A stretch of 64,000 nucleotides of DNA from Candidatus Omnitrophota bacterium. GTDB taxonomy: Bacteria; Omnitrophota; Omnitrophia; Omnitrophales; JACROU01. The stretch is taken from the NCBI GenBank assembly GCA_029261035.1, contig JAJDCD010000025.1:2926-66925 (forward strand), in the 5' to 3' direction. The notes beneath the pieces are model-generated. The model saw nothing but the letters and a program-made list of their open reading frames with translations. It was not told where the DNA came from and searched no databases. Both the position numbers and the translations under genes were made by a program. Below are positions 29,369-39,235 of this stretch, piece by piece. The first letter of the stretch is position 1; the number at the start of each line of letters is the position of its first letter.

Positions 29369-31303
29369 TTAATCTCCTTTTTTTTCGCTTTCACCATCAC
29401 TCGAATCAGCATCGCCAACAAGCCCTTCTAACTGAACTAAATCTATCACTTCTTTCGCTGACATGGTTTCTTTTATCAAAAGTTCATCAGAAAGTATTTT
29501 TAATTTATCTTGGTGTTTAAGTAAAAGTTTATGTGCACGCTCATAACATTCGTTTGTCAATTTCCTCACTTCTTCATCAATAATGATTGCCGTATTTTCA
29601 GAGTAATCTTTTTCTTTAGTTAAATCTCTCCCTAAGAAAACTTGACGGTCTTTTTTTCCAAAGGTGAGATTTCCTAATTTTTTACTCATTCCGTACTCAC
29701 ACACCATTTTCTGAGCATATCCTGTCGCCACTTCCAAATCATTTTGGGCACCTGTTGTAATTTCATTAAAAGTAATTTGTTCAGCCACACGTCCACCCAT
29801 TAAAATAATCATCCGATGCACAATTTCTGTCTCCGTCATCATGTAACGATCTTCTAATGGAAGTTGCATCGTGTAGCCTAAAGCACCGTAACCTCTAGGA
29901 ATAATAGATACTTTATGCAAAGGATCTACACCTTCTAAAATAAGAGTTAGTAGCGTGTGTCCCGACTCATGAACCGCAACCACTTCTTTTTCTTTTTTTG
30001 AGATAACCTTACTTTTTCTTTCAGGGCCAGCCATAACACGTTCTATTGAAGCTTCTAGTTCCGCCATTGCAACAGAGTCTTTATTATATCTAGCAGAAAG
30101 CAAAGCTGCTTCATTAACCAAATTAGCTAAATCTGCTCCAGAAAATCCAGGAGTTTGCCTCGCTAATTTAGACAAATCAACACCTTCTGCTAACTTCACG
30201 TTTTTAGTATGAATTTTTAAGATATCTTCTCGACCACCAATATCTGGTTTATCCACAACTACCTGCCTGTCAAAACGACCAGGACGAGTCAAAGCCGGAT
30301 CCAAAACATCAGGGCGATTTGTAGCTGCAATTAAAATAACACCCAAAGACCCGTCAAAACCATCCATCTCAACAAGAAGAGCGTTTAAGGTTTGTTCTCT
30401 TTCATCATGTCCACCACCAATACCTGCAAAACGTTGACGCCCCACAGCATCCAATTCATCAATAAAAATAATACAACCCTTTCCACTTTGCTTTGATGCC
30501 TTCTTAGCCTGTTCAAACAAATCTCGAACACGAGCCGCACCCACTCCAACAAACATCTCTACAAAGTCAGAGCCACTAATGGAATAAAAAGGCACTCCAG
30601 CTTCCCCTGATATTGCTTTAGCCAACAAAGTCTTCCCTGTTCCTGGAGGCCCCATAAGCAAAACACCTTTAGGAATTCTTCCTCCCAAAGTCTGAAATCG
30701 TAATGGATCTTTAAGGAAGTCAATAATCTCATTAAGCTCTTCTTTAGCTTCATCACAACCAGCAACATCCAAAAAAGTAACCATTTCTTTGTCTTTACTT
30801 AATTTAGCTCGAGATTTACCAAAGGACAGCAACCGGCCACCCCCTTGTTGAGCTCCTCTGTAAACGAAAAACCAAAAAAATCCGATCAAAAGCAAAACCG
30901 GCAACATGGAGTAAATCATATTCTTCAGAAAAGTTCTAGGAGGACTAATTGAAAAGTTGGAAATATTTCTTCTTAATAAAGGAATTAATTCTAAATCATT
31001 CATAGGAATGTTTACTTGAAAAAAAGATCCCGACTGCAGCTTTCCACGAACAATTGTGTCAATCAATTCACAAGAAGCAATTTCTTGAGTTTGAGGATTT
31101 TGAGATACCATGTCAAAAAACTCACTGTAGGTCATTTTCTTGACATCAATTTCTGGAAACACAAAAAATTGAAGCACAACAAAAAACACCATAGCTATAA
31201 GTCCTAGAATTAAAAGTCGAGACTTATCTCCGTCTAGCTTAAAGCCCGGCTTGTTATTCGGATCTGAGTCTGGATTTAAATTCTTATTTTTAAATTCATT
31301 CAT
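29369..31303 (-). CDS. ftsH: ATP-dependent zinc metalloprotease FtsH
   Basis: Two TM segments, [17 protein letters not shown] and HESGH motifs. Confidence 0.98.
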   Translation of the reverse strand: MNEFKNKNLNPDSDPNNKPGFKLDGDKSRLLILGLIAMVFFVVLQFFVFPEIDVKKMTYSEFFDMVSQNPQTQEIASCELIDTIVRGKLQSGSFFQVNIPMNDLELIPLLRRNISNFSISPPRTFLKNMIYSMLPVLLLIGFFWFFVYRGAQQGGGRLLSFGKSRAKLSKDKEMVTFLDVAGCDEAKEELNEIIDFLKDPLRFQTLGGRIPKGVLLMGPPGTGKTLLAKAISGEAGVPFYSISGSDFVEMFVGVGAARVRDLFEQAKKASKQSGKGCIIFIDELDAVGRQRFAGIGGGHDEREQTLNALLVEMDGFDGSLGVILIAATNRPDVLDPALTRPGRFDRQVVVDKPDIGGREDILKIHTKNVKLAEGVDLSKLARQTPGFSGADLANLVNEAALLSARYNKDSVAMAELEASIERVMAGPERKSKVISKKEKEVVAVHESGHTLLTLILEGVDPLHKVSIIPRGYGALGYTMQLPLEDRYMMTETEIVHRMIILMGGRVAEQITFNEITTGAQNDLEVATGYAQKMVCEYGMSKKLGNLTFGKKDRQVFLGRDLTKEKDYSENTAIIIDEEVRKLTNECYERAHKLLLKHQDKLKILSDELLIKETMSAKEVIDLVQLEGLVGDADSSDGESEKKGD

Positions 31304-31327
31304 TCTAAATTCCTTTAAGTTATTTCT

Positions 31328-32872
31328 CTATGGTTTTGGCTTAGTAGGAGCTGAAGTTTTGGGAGTAGATTCTTTACGTCGGTAACCCTGACGATCCGAA
31401 TTATTCCTTCTTTGCCCTTGATAAGACCCTCTTCGATTTGATGGCCTTTTGTTTGAATAAGTACGCTTAGCAGTATATGGCTCAAAGGAACTCAATTTTA
31501 AGAACCGTTTTGTTTTACTAGTTACACAACAATGCTCCGCAATTCCTAAACCGTAAACCCAAATAATTTTTCCTGCGGAAATAATTAACGGAAGATACGC
31601 TTTGTCTCTTGCAGAAACTTTCTTATCAATAAAAAAGTCTTTTAATTTTTTCTTCCCCTCCATACCCAGAGACTGAAACACATCTCCTTTTCTTCTATTC
31701 CTAATGGTTAGAGGAAATTTCAATTTATCATAGTCGAAAATCTCATACCTACGATCGTCTTTCTTTACTTTATAAATTCTCTTTTCAAACAACTCTGCCC
31801 CAAAGTTTAAATTCATTTCTTTAACAAGGATCTTCTCACCTTTTTTTAGTTGATATTGATACTGAGGAATTTCTTCTACTAGCTTTTTATTCACCTGAAT
31901 TTCTTTACGCTCAAAGGTAACAACTAAATCTTGAGGTAATGAAATTTGAAAATGAGTTTTATCTACAATTCCTTTTCTTATTTGGCTCCAATGAAAATAA
32001 TCCAAATCAACTTTTGGCTCGACCATTGAAATTGCTTTTTGAAAAACACGGTATTGAATAGCCTGAGGCAAATCTTCTATAATGTTTTTTTTCAAAAGCA
32101 CTTCATCTTCCTTGTCAGAATTTTTAATACAACGATCAAACTGCTGTTCTGTAATCTCATCTAAAAAGCTCACATCCATACCAATCGACTCTGGAAGCCT
32201 AGCTAAAACTTGTTTAATTCTAGGATTGTAGTTTTTTTCTATTTCTGGCATCAACTCTAATCGGACGCGGTTGCGCATAAAACGTGTGGAATAGTTAGAA
32301 GAATCAATTCGATATGTTAAATTTTCTTGCTTCAAATAACGAATAACTTCCTCTTTCTCAAGTTCAATTAATGGCCTTATAAAGGATGTCTCTGGATACT
32401 TCAATACAGGACGAATTGCTTGGAAGCCTTTCAGGCCCGCTCCACGAATCATTCTCATCAAAACAGTTTCAGCCTGATCATCCAACGTATGCCCCAAAGC
32501 AATAGTAGTAATACCTCGTCTCTTTGCTTCTCTACGAAAATATTGAAAACGGCCAATTCGAGCGGCCTCCTCTAAAGAATAACGATAGTTTCTTTGAATA
32601 TCTCTAACATTTACTTTCCCTAATATGTAGGGTGCTTTTAATTGCTTCGCAAAAGTTTCAACAAATTCCTGATCTTTTTCAGCTTCTTCATCTCTAAGCA
32701 GATGATTCACATGAAAGATGCCTACTTCTTTCAACCCCAACTCTTTTTTCAGACTAAACAAAATATGGAAAAGAGCTATTGAATCAGAACCACCTGATAC
32801 TCCAACATACACCGTAGAACCCGTTGGCAACATTTGATACTTTTTGAGTGTATCTAAGAATTTTTGTTTCAT
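31328..32872 (-). CDS. tilS: tRNA(Ile)-lysidine synthetase with basic C-terminal tail
   Basis: VSGGSDS, HVNH, GHTLDDQAET, RNRVR and KKLKDFFID motifs. Start placed at ATG 32872 behind AAGGA (track starts at 32920). Confidence 0.95.
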   Translation of the reverse strand: MKQKFLDTLKKYQMLPTGSTVYVGVSGGSDSIALFHILFSLKKELGLKEVGIFHVNHLLRDEEAEKDQEFVETFAKQLKAPYILGKVNVRDIQRNYRYSLEEAARIGRFQYFRREAKRRGITTIALGHTLDDQAETVLMRMIRGAGLKGFQAIRPVLKYPETSFIRPLIELEKEEVIRYLKQENLTYRIDSSNYSTRFMRNRVRLELMPEIEKNYNPRIKQVLARLPESIGMDVSFLDEITEQQFDRCIKNSDKEDEVLLKKNIIEDLPQAIQYRVFQKAISMVEPKVDLDYFHWSQIRKGIVDKTHFQISLPQDLVVTFERKEIQVNKKLVEEIPQYQYQLKKGEKILVKEMNLNFGAELFEKRIYKVKKDDRRYEIFDYDKLKFPLTIRNRRKGDVFQSLGMEGKKKLKDFFIDKKVSARDKAYLPLIISAGKIIWVYGLGIAEHCCVTSKTKRFLKLSSFEPYTAKRTYSNKRPSNRRGSYQGQRRNNSDRQGYRRKESTPKTSAPTKPKP

Positions 32873-32989
32873 TGTTTTTCCTTGCGTTGATGACAGAGGT
32901 GAAAATCTTTCCTTTGTCAATAGAGCCTTGGCAACATGGCCTTATGGCTGACATGAGAATAAATAAAAATAAAAAAGCCTTTTAAAAAC

Positions 32990-33066
32990 TGGTAGCGGTG
33001 CAGGGACTTGAACCCCGGACACACGGATTATGATTCCGTCGCTCTAACCAGCTGAGCTACACCGCC
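32990..33066 (-). tRNA. tRNA-Met(CAT), probably elongator
   Basis: GGCGGTGTAGCTCAGCTGGTTAGAGCGACGGAATCATAATCCGT...GGTTCAAGTCCCTGCACCGCTACCA; no initiator GGG/CCC anticodon stem. Confidence 0.92.
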
Positions 33067-33239
33067 ACAATTAAATCTTTTTCTTATACCCCCCCCTGTT
33101 AAAAGAGGGGTTTTTTGTTATAAACGACTGCTGCTTGCCATACATTTCACTGTGAAGCACTTGCTTGATGTTCAAGTTCAGCATGGTTTGTAGAGCTGCA
33201 CGTTACTATATAGAAGATAATAGCCTATATAAACGGTTG

Positions 33240-33268
33240 ATTTTATCATGAGGAATGTGAATAGACAA
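33240..33268 (-). promoter_or_regulatory. Putative sigma70 promoter for tRNA-Met/tilS/ftsH
   Basis: TTGTCT-N17-TAAAAT with an extended -10 TG. Confidence 0.5.
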
Positions 33269-33355
33269 GAGGAGAAATGAGGTGGAAATAGCTTTAAGTT
33301 ACTTCCATCAAACAACTTAAGCTTAAAATGGAGTGCCTCAAAAGCACTTCAAAAC

Positions 33356-33547
33356 CTAGATTTCTACCTGAAAGTCTTTGTCAAGAACGTGAAGTTCATA
33401 TGCTTTCAGTATAGCTTCTTGCTTAATCCAGTTAAGGCCTGTTTGTAAATACAAGGAGTAAACATCTAAAAACTCATCCTGTTTTTCTTTGATATTTTTC
33501 TTTATGTCTTTTTTCGGTTCAATTTTTACTACTAAGTTTCCATCCAT
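33356..33547 (-). CDS. Small hypothetical protein resembling the C-terminal domain of the upstream 259-aa protein
   Basis: GGAGG RBS before ATG; ungapped similarity to the neighbour's C-terminus. Confidence 0.75.
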   Translation of the reverse strand: MDGNLVVKIEPKKDIKKNIKEKQDEFLDVYSLYLQTGLNWIKQEAILKAYELHVLDKDFQVEI

Positions 33548-33578
33548 GACAACACCCTCCGTTTACAATGCCCTAGCC

Positions 33579-34358
33579 CTATTTTTCTCCCAGCAAAAAA
33601 TTAAAAGCCGGATCTTTTTGTTTGATCGCCTCAATTAGAACATGAATTCTTGCAACCAAATCTGGATTCGAATCTTCTAACCATTTTGCATACAAATCCA
33701 AAAACTCATTCATCAATTCTTTATACTCTATATCTTGCTCAAACTTCTCTAACGAACCTACAAAATGCTTAAAATCATCATCTTGAAATTGGTTCATGAA
33801 ATGAAAATAGTCTCTTCTTGTTTGCTTTAGAAGATCTCTATAATCATCAAAATGATCTGCAATTTTAATTAACACATCTTTAACTGCTGTTTTTTTTCTA
33901 TAAATCTTTTGATTATAAATTGCTGCTTCTTGATAATAGTTAATCGCGTTCTGAGTAAAATACTCTTCCGGTTGCTCTATCTTTAATTGCCCAAACCGTA
34001 TTGTTCCCTTTACGTTTTGAAATACACCTAATTGAATCAACAAATAATCTGCATTTGCTTTATAAATAAAATACCGTACATGCCGGTCATTTGAATTTTC
34101 TATCAACATTCGAATGTCTGAATCATAGATGGACAAGTATTTAGCCACCATCGTCTGATAAGTTTGTGTTGCAAAAGCCAACATTAAATGAGCTAAATAA
34201 ACATTCACATCTTCATCAAAGCCATTTTTATTAGAAGGAGTTACAGAACTATTCCTTGAACGAATGAGCGATTCTAGAAGAAAACTAATCGCAGATTCCT
34301 TCTCCTGCTTATCCAAATTGAAATAAGTCTTTATATCCTTATCCATCATCTTATCCAA
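33579..34358 (-). CDS. Hypothetical, predicted all-helical protein
   Basis: 259-aa ORF with its own strong promoter-like sequence; no named family recognised. Confidence 0.8.
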   Translation of the reverse strand: MDKMMDKDIKTYFNLDKQEKESAISFLLESLIRSRNSSVTPSNKNGFDEDVNVYLAHLMLAFATQTYQTMVAKYLSIYDSDIRMLIENSNDRHVRYFIYKANADYLLIQLGVFQNVKGTIRFGQLKIEQPEEYFTQNAINYYQEAAIYNQKIYRKKTAVKDVLIKIADHFDDYRDLLKQTRRDYFHFMNQFQDDDFKHFVGSLEKFEQDIEYKELMNEFLDLYAKWLEDSNPDLVARIHVLIEAIKQKDPAFNFLLGEK

Positions 34359-34433
34359 CCTGTAGCTCTTGAGGAGCTATGTAATTTAAACTCTTTAATA
34401 AAGTTTTTTTATCCTTAAATTAACTTCAATTTA

Positions 34434-34462
34434 AAGCTAACATGACATATCTGGAGTGTCAA
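34434..34462 (-). promoter_or_regulatory. Sigma70 promoter with overlapping inverted repeat
   Basis: TTGACA-N17-TAGCTT with extended TG; TGACA-N9-TGTCA at 34443-34461. Confidence 0.6.
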
Positions 34463-34722
34463 ACAAGGTGGCTTTGCCTAAAGAGGGCTTGGGAGATTAG
34501 TTATATTACATAACTTATTAATAACAATAGATTTACGGAAATATCAAAAAATAAAGCTTTGCTTCTTAAATGCCGATGATATAAATCAGCAGAGGAGAGA
34601 TTAAATATGGGTATTTTAGAGTTTTTTCAAATATTTTTGATGGTTTCACTAATCATGTTTCTGAGCCTGCTCGAGTAATCATTCCCTAGAAATCTGTTCC
34701 GCAGCTCACGAGACACAAATCC

Positions 34723-35505
34723 TTAAACTTCCAATTCTGATACTTTGTTTTCTCTTATAAAAATTTGGCTTTTGCTTAGAAAACGTTCTGTCTTTAGAGG
34801 CCTATCTAATCGATAATGGATGAATTCACGTATCACTTTCTCTATAGCTCTGAGATGGGCTGAGTCCGCTAAAGGCTCCATCACATCCTGAAAAACCCTA
34901 GAATTCAAATCACGAAGCAATTCCAAATGCTCTTTTTCTAAATTCCATGCATTCGTTGAATTAATTGGAGAGTCCAAAAAAACAACCCCTCCTTGTTCAG
35001 AACTCCAAACAATTTTGTGTTCATCTGCATGTTTAACATCGATCTCTTTCCCAAAGTTAGGAAACCAACCAACCTCCTTGAGAAATCTTAATTCGAAATA
35101 AAGAATCCAAAAATAAAAAACATCTTTCTCCATATTTTTTAATGTACAATAAAAGGAATCATAAATATTTTTGGATATTTGATGAGGTTCAAAAGTAGCA
35201 TCGACAAGCTCTGCTAAGTAAGCTCCAAAGACTAAATTTCTAAAAGAAGATCTCGAAGACAACATTGGATCTTGAAGGAACGATTCGGATAATAAATGGA
35301 GTTCTGTTTTTTTCTTTTCATAGAAGACAACATTCAGCTGATTTAGTATTTCAAAATGCACTAAATCAGAAGACGATTCCTTCCGAACTCCTTTAACAAC
35401 AACTTTTACTTTTCCAAAATCTCGAGTGAACAGAGTTACAATCAGAGATGTGTCTCTAAAATCCATTTTCTTCAAAACTATAGCTTCTGTTTTATGAATA
35501 GCCAA
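34723..35505 (-). CDS. recO: DNA repair protein RecO
   Basis: KTEAIVLKKMDFRDTSLIVTLFTRDFGKV. Start placed at TTG 35505 behind GGGAG (track starts at 35523). Confidence 0.92.
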   Translation of the reverse strand: MAIHKTEAIVLKKMDFRDTSLIVTLFTRDFGKVKVVVKGVRKESSSDLVHFEILNQLNVVFYEKKKTELHLLSESFLQDPMLSSRSSFRNLVFGAYLAELVDATFEPHQISKNIYDSFYCTLKNMEKDVFYFWILYFELRFLKEVGWFPNFGKEIDVKHADEHKIVWSSEQGGVVFLDSPINSTNAWNLEKEHLELLRDLNSRVFQDVMEPLADSAHLRAIEKVIREFIHYRLDRPLKTERFLSKSQIFIRENKVSELEV

Positions 35506-35592
35506 GCAAATCTCCCTGAACAAAATTTAAAATTAAAAAGTATAAAGAAAAAACCATAATTTAAAAACCAAAATTACTTCTCTCTGTCTTAA

Positions 35593-35643
35593 TGTCATTT
35601 GGATCCACTGTCCTTTAGATCCTTCGCTTCAGTCAGGATGACA
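35593..35643. repeat. REP-like remnant TGTCAT...AGATCCTTCGCTTCAGTCAGGATGACA within A-rich/T-rich inverted flanks
   Basis: Shares AGATCCTTCG and TCAGGAT with the element at 22423-22516. Confidence 0.55.
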
Positions 35644-35689
35644 CTTTAACTTACTTTTTTTAATTTTTATCTATGGTTTTTATTTTTGA

Positions 35690-36193
35690 TTATTTATTTT
35701 TCACTAAATGACAAAAGATTCGGTCTTGCATTAGAAACATTTTCTTTTTAGCTTCAGGCTCAACATCATCATAACCTAATAAATGGAGTATTCCATGAAT
35801 AATACAGTAATACAGCTCTTCCTTAGGTTTCTGATTATATTGCTTTGCTTGTTTACATACCTGATTCCAACATACAAATACATCCCCCAATAACCTAGAT
35901 GCCTTTACTCTTGTACCTTCATATTGACTAAAAGAAATACAATCCGTATCTGAAGGGTCATTAAAAAACTCTCGGTGCAGCTTCTTCATTTTACTAGAGC
36001 CCACAATATAAACAGAGACTTCGTATTCTGATTTTTTTAGATAAAATAGAACATCAGCAATAAACTCAGCAACCTTCTCTTTAACGAAGGGCCACTTTGC
36101 TGAACTGATCTCGACGTTGATCTTTGGGAGTGTTTTCAAGGTTTTTTTCTTCATCTTTTTCTGGGTAAGGAATTCGAGTATGGTAAACCGCAA
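35690..36193 (-). CDS. ybeY: rRNA maturation endoribonuclease YbeY (true start probably ~36154)
   Basis: TDCISF, LGDVFV and HGILHLLGYD motifs. Confidence 0.93.
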   Translation of the reverse strand: MRFTILEFLTQKKMKKKTLKTLPKINVEISSAKWPFVKEKVAEFIADVLFYLKKSEYEVSVYIVGSSKMKKLHREFFNDPSDTDCISFSQYEGTRVKASRLLGDVFVCWNQVCKQAKQYNQKPKEELYYCIIHGILHLLGYDDVEPEAKKKMFLMQDRIFCHLVKNK

Positions 36194-38318
36194 CTAAAGT
36201 TCTAACAAAACTTTTTCTAATAAAATCGATGTCTCGAATGGTTAGCTCTGACTCATCAAATTGACCATCTTTTAACTTATCAAAAATAATTTTTTCTACA
36301 AGTATTTCTATTTTTTCTTCATTGTATTCTGGCATAGATCTTGATGCCGCTTCTATAGAGTCCGCCATCATCGCAACTGCTGTTTCTTTCGACTGGGGTT
36401 TAGGGCCAGGATATCTAAAATCATTTGGATCCACCTCTTCACCTGTTTTTTTATTTTCTAATGCCTTACGATAAAAGAAATAAACAACTCCCGTCCCTTG
36501 ATGCTCTGGAATAAAACTAATAATCTTATCCTTTAGTTTATATTTCTTAGCCAAATCTATTCCGCCTTTAACATGATTTAAAATAATCATCGTACTCATT
36601 TCAGGACTTAAATCATTATGTTTTGTTTCTTCCTTCTTGTGCTGATTTTCTGTAAAATAATCCGCCTTAGCCATCTTCCCTATATCATGAAAGTAACAGC
36701 CAACACGAGCTAAAAGAGCATTGGCTCCTATCACCTTACAAGCTTCTTCAGAAAGGTGGCTTACAATTAAACTATGGTGGTAAGTCCCAGGAGCTTCAAT
36801 AACCATTTTTTTCAAGAGAGGATGGTTTAAATCTGAAAGCTCTAAAAGGGTAATGTCTGTTGTTAAATTAAATAAGTGTTCGAATAAAGGCAATAACAAA
36901 CTAAATAAAGGCGTGGTTACAAGCAACCCGCTAAAAACACCAAGCAAAGCAATGGAGAATGCGTCAGATAGATTGCTTCCTTGAAAAATCATCATTGCAA
37001 AAATGATCAAAGCTTGAGAAAAACCAACACAAAGCCCTACTGTCACAAATTGAATTCTTTTACGAAGTCCAATTACAGCAAAAATACCAATAAACGATCC
37101 TAATACACCAAAGAGACAAACTTCAACAGACCAGTCACTCAACAAGCAGGCCAACACAGACATTATCAATCCAATTGGAAATCCAAACCGTGATTTTGTT
37201 AATGCCGAAACTAAAAGAGCTGCCAAAGGTATGGGCAGCAAGTAAGGATTCCACTCAAAAAATAAAATGAATTTACAAGATGCCAAAGTAACAAACAAAA
37301 CTGAATGAATTAAAATTAAATATCGCAAAGAAGAAACAATCTTCTTTTCAAAAACAACTAAATAAGCAACTAAAAATATAAATAAAAGAAAAACAACAAT
37401 CGCTTGAGAAAATGCTTTTTTCAAAAACTCTCTGCTTTTAGTTTGTTTCTGAATAACTTCAAGAGCGTTTAAACCTTGCAACGTCACTCTACGCCCTCTT
37501 AGAATAACCATCTCTCCTTTTTTAATTTCTTCTACAACTTCTGGAACGCCCCCTCCCGCTTCCGCTTTCTTTTCTTCCATCCTTTCTTCATTAAAAGACA
37601 AGTTTGGTTCTAAAACTGCTGATATTACCTTAAAAAGAACCTCTCTAAGCTTCCTATCTTTTCTTAGTTTCTCTTTTAATTCATTAGCAATATTTTCTCT
37701 AACTTCTTCAATCGTTTTTAATTGGCTTAGTGCAAAAATTTCTTCTTGCTTACCTTCGACAATTTGGATCTTATTTTGAAGACTTGCCAAAATCGAAAAG
37801 CGATCCTGAGTTGTGATAATTCCTGATTGAAAAATCAGATTCAAAATACCTTCAATCTCTACTTCCCAAACCGTCAAATCCGCCTCTTCCATCAAAGTCT
37901 TAATTTCAAATTCAGAAAGAGCAGAACTGAAATTTTCGTAGAAGTAAGGCCCTAATTCAACTTCCCCATTCAATTTACTTACTCTAACTTCTTCTAAAAA
38001 ATTTTTTACTTTATTAATAGCCTCTTTTCTAACATTACTATCTATTTGATATACAGGAGGAACTTGAGATATTGCTTTCTGGCGAGATAATTCTGTGGCT
38101 TGTGTGTCTACATACGAAAAATCAAATGGTGCATATATTGTTTTGGAAGAAGGAATCCCCTCCTCTAGTTGGAGGTCGGAAAAATCCTGTGTTTTATCAT
38201 GGCTGAGCAAAAGCATGATTGCAAAAAATGAAATGATAAAAACAGCAATATGAGGAAGGTAATCAACCCAGCTCTGCTCTTTTTTATTCTGCGGCGTAAC
38301 GTTCATAAGCTCTAACAA
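36081..38318 (-). CDS. 7TM-HD (HDIG) phosphohydrolase, PgpH-like c-di-AMP phosphodiesterase
   Basis: TM segment, large extracytoplasmic domain, TM bundle, then EAPGTYHHS, HDIGK, HQGT, FRYPGPKP and ADSIEAA; phoH-HD-ybeY synteny. Confidence 0.9.
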   Translation of the reverse strand: MLELMNVTPQNKKEQSWVDYLPHIAVFIISFFAIMLLLSHDKTQDFSDLQLEEGIPSSKTIYAPFDFSYVDTQATELSRQKAISQVPPVYQIDSNVRKEAINKVKNFLEEVRVSKLNGEVELGPYFYENFSSALSEFEIKTLMEEADLTVWEVEIEGILNLIFQSGIITTQDRFSILASLQNKIQIVEGKQEEIFALSQLKTIEEVRENIANELKEKLRKDRKLREVLFKVISAVLEPNLSFNEERMEEKKAEAGGGVPEVVEEIKKGEMVILRGRRVTLQGLNALEVIQKQTKSREFLKKAFSQAIVVFLLFIFLVAYLVVFEKKIVSSLRYLILIHSVLFVTLASCKFILFFEWNPYLLPIPLAALLVSALTKSRFGFPIGLIMSVLACLLSDWSVEVCLFGVLGSFIGIFAVIGLRKRIQFVTVGLCVGFSQALIIFAMMIFQGSNLSDAFSIALLGVFSGLLVTTPLFSLLLPLFEHLFNLTTDITLLELSDLNHPLLKKMVIEAPGTYHHSLIVSHLSEEACKVIGANALLARVGCYFHDIGKMAKADYFTENQHKKEETKHNDLSPEMSTMIILNHVKGGIDLAKKYKLKDKIISFIPEHQGTGVVYFFYRKALENKKTGEEVDPNDFRYPGPKPQSKETAVAMMADSIEAASRSMPEYNEEKIEILVEKIIFDKLKDGQFDESELTIRDIDFIRKSFVRTLVAVYHTRIPYPEKDEEKNLENTPKDQRRDQFSKVALR

Positions 38319-39219
38319 TATCCTTTACAAGTGAATGTCGAACAATATCTGAATCTTTAAGTTGAATAAACTTAATGCCTTTTATCGTTTTTAAAATTTT
38401 TTGCCCCTCAATCAATCCCGACTTCTTACCTCCTGGAAGATCCACCTGAGTCACATCTCCTGTAACAACCACCTTTGATGTTTCTCCCATTCGAGTTAAA
38501 AACATCTTCATTTGCTCATGAGTTGTATTTTGACCTTCGTCCAAAATTATAAAAGAATTGTTAAGCGTACGTCCTCGCATATAAGCCAAAGGCGCAATTT
38601 CTATAATCTTTTTCTCCACATAATGATTTACCTCTTCAACATCCATCATATCGTAAAGAGCATCATAAAGAGGTCTTAAATAGGGATCTAATTTATCCTG
38701 TAAATCCCCTGGTAAAAACCCCAAACTTTCTCCAGCCTCTACCGCAGGACGAGTTAATATAATCCTTGAAACCTGACGTTTTTTAAGGCTATCCACAGCT
38801 TGAGCAACTGCCAAATAGGTCTTTCCAGTTCCTGCGGCACCTATCGCTATCACAACATCATATTTACTCATTGCAGCTAAATACTCTTCCTGATGCTTTG
38901 ATTTAGCTTTAATCAACTTTCCCTTGTGATGAAATTGAAGATTGCCATACACGGTTTTCAAAGACCCTTTTTGAGACTCTTTAGAATCATTGTGTCCATC
39001 ATCATTTTTTAAAGCCCTTAATTTATCTTTAAAGAAAGATAAAGCAGAATCCACATCTTCAGACGTACCCTTTACAGTAAGTTTATGATTTCTAGCAGAA
39101 ATTTTGACACGATATTCGCTTTCTGCGTAACGCAAATTTTCATCTAAAGAACCAAATAGCTTTATCGCTTCTTCATCCGAGTTTAATTTTAAATACTTCG
39201 TAATTAATTCTTTGCTCAT
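38284..39219 (-). CDS. phoH: PhoH family ATPase (YbeZ-like)
   Basis: GAAGTGKTYLA, RPAVEAGESLGFLPGD, AYMRGRT and ILDEGQN motifs. Confidence 0.96.
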   Translation of the reverse strand: MSKELITKYLKLNSDEEAIKLFGSLDENLRYAESEYRVKISARNHKLTVKGTSEDVDSALSFFKDKLRALKNDDGHNDSKESQKGSLKTVYGNLQFHHKGKLIKAKSKHQEEYLAAMSKYDVVIAIGAAGTGKTYLAVAQAVDSLKKRQVSRIILTRPAVEAGESLGFLPGDLQDKLDPYLRPLYDALYDMMDVEEVNHYVEKKIIEIAPLAYMRGRTLNNSFIILDEGQNTTHEQMKMFLTRMGETSKVVVTGDVTQVDLPGGKKSGLIEGQKILKTIKGIKFIQLKDSDIVRHSLVKDIVRAYERYAAE

Positions 39220-39235
39220 TAATATGATTTTTCCT

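Noticed and set aside
32990-33066. CAT-anticodon tRNA directly upstream of tilS as the TilS substrate tRNA-Ile2
   Set aside because: The acceptor stem GGCGGTG has G4/G5 rather than the C4-G69/C5-G68 TilS determinants known from E. coli and resembles elongator tRNA-Met. An isotype-specific covariance model would settle it.
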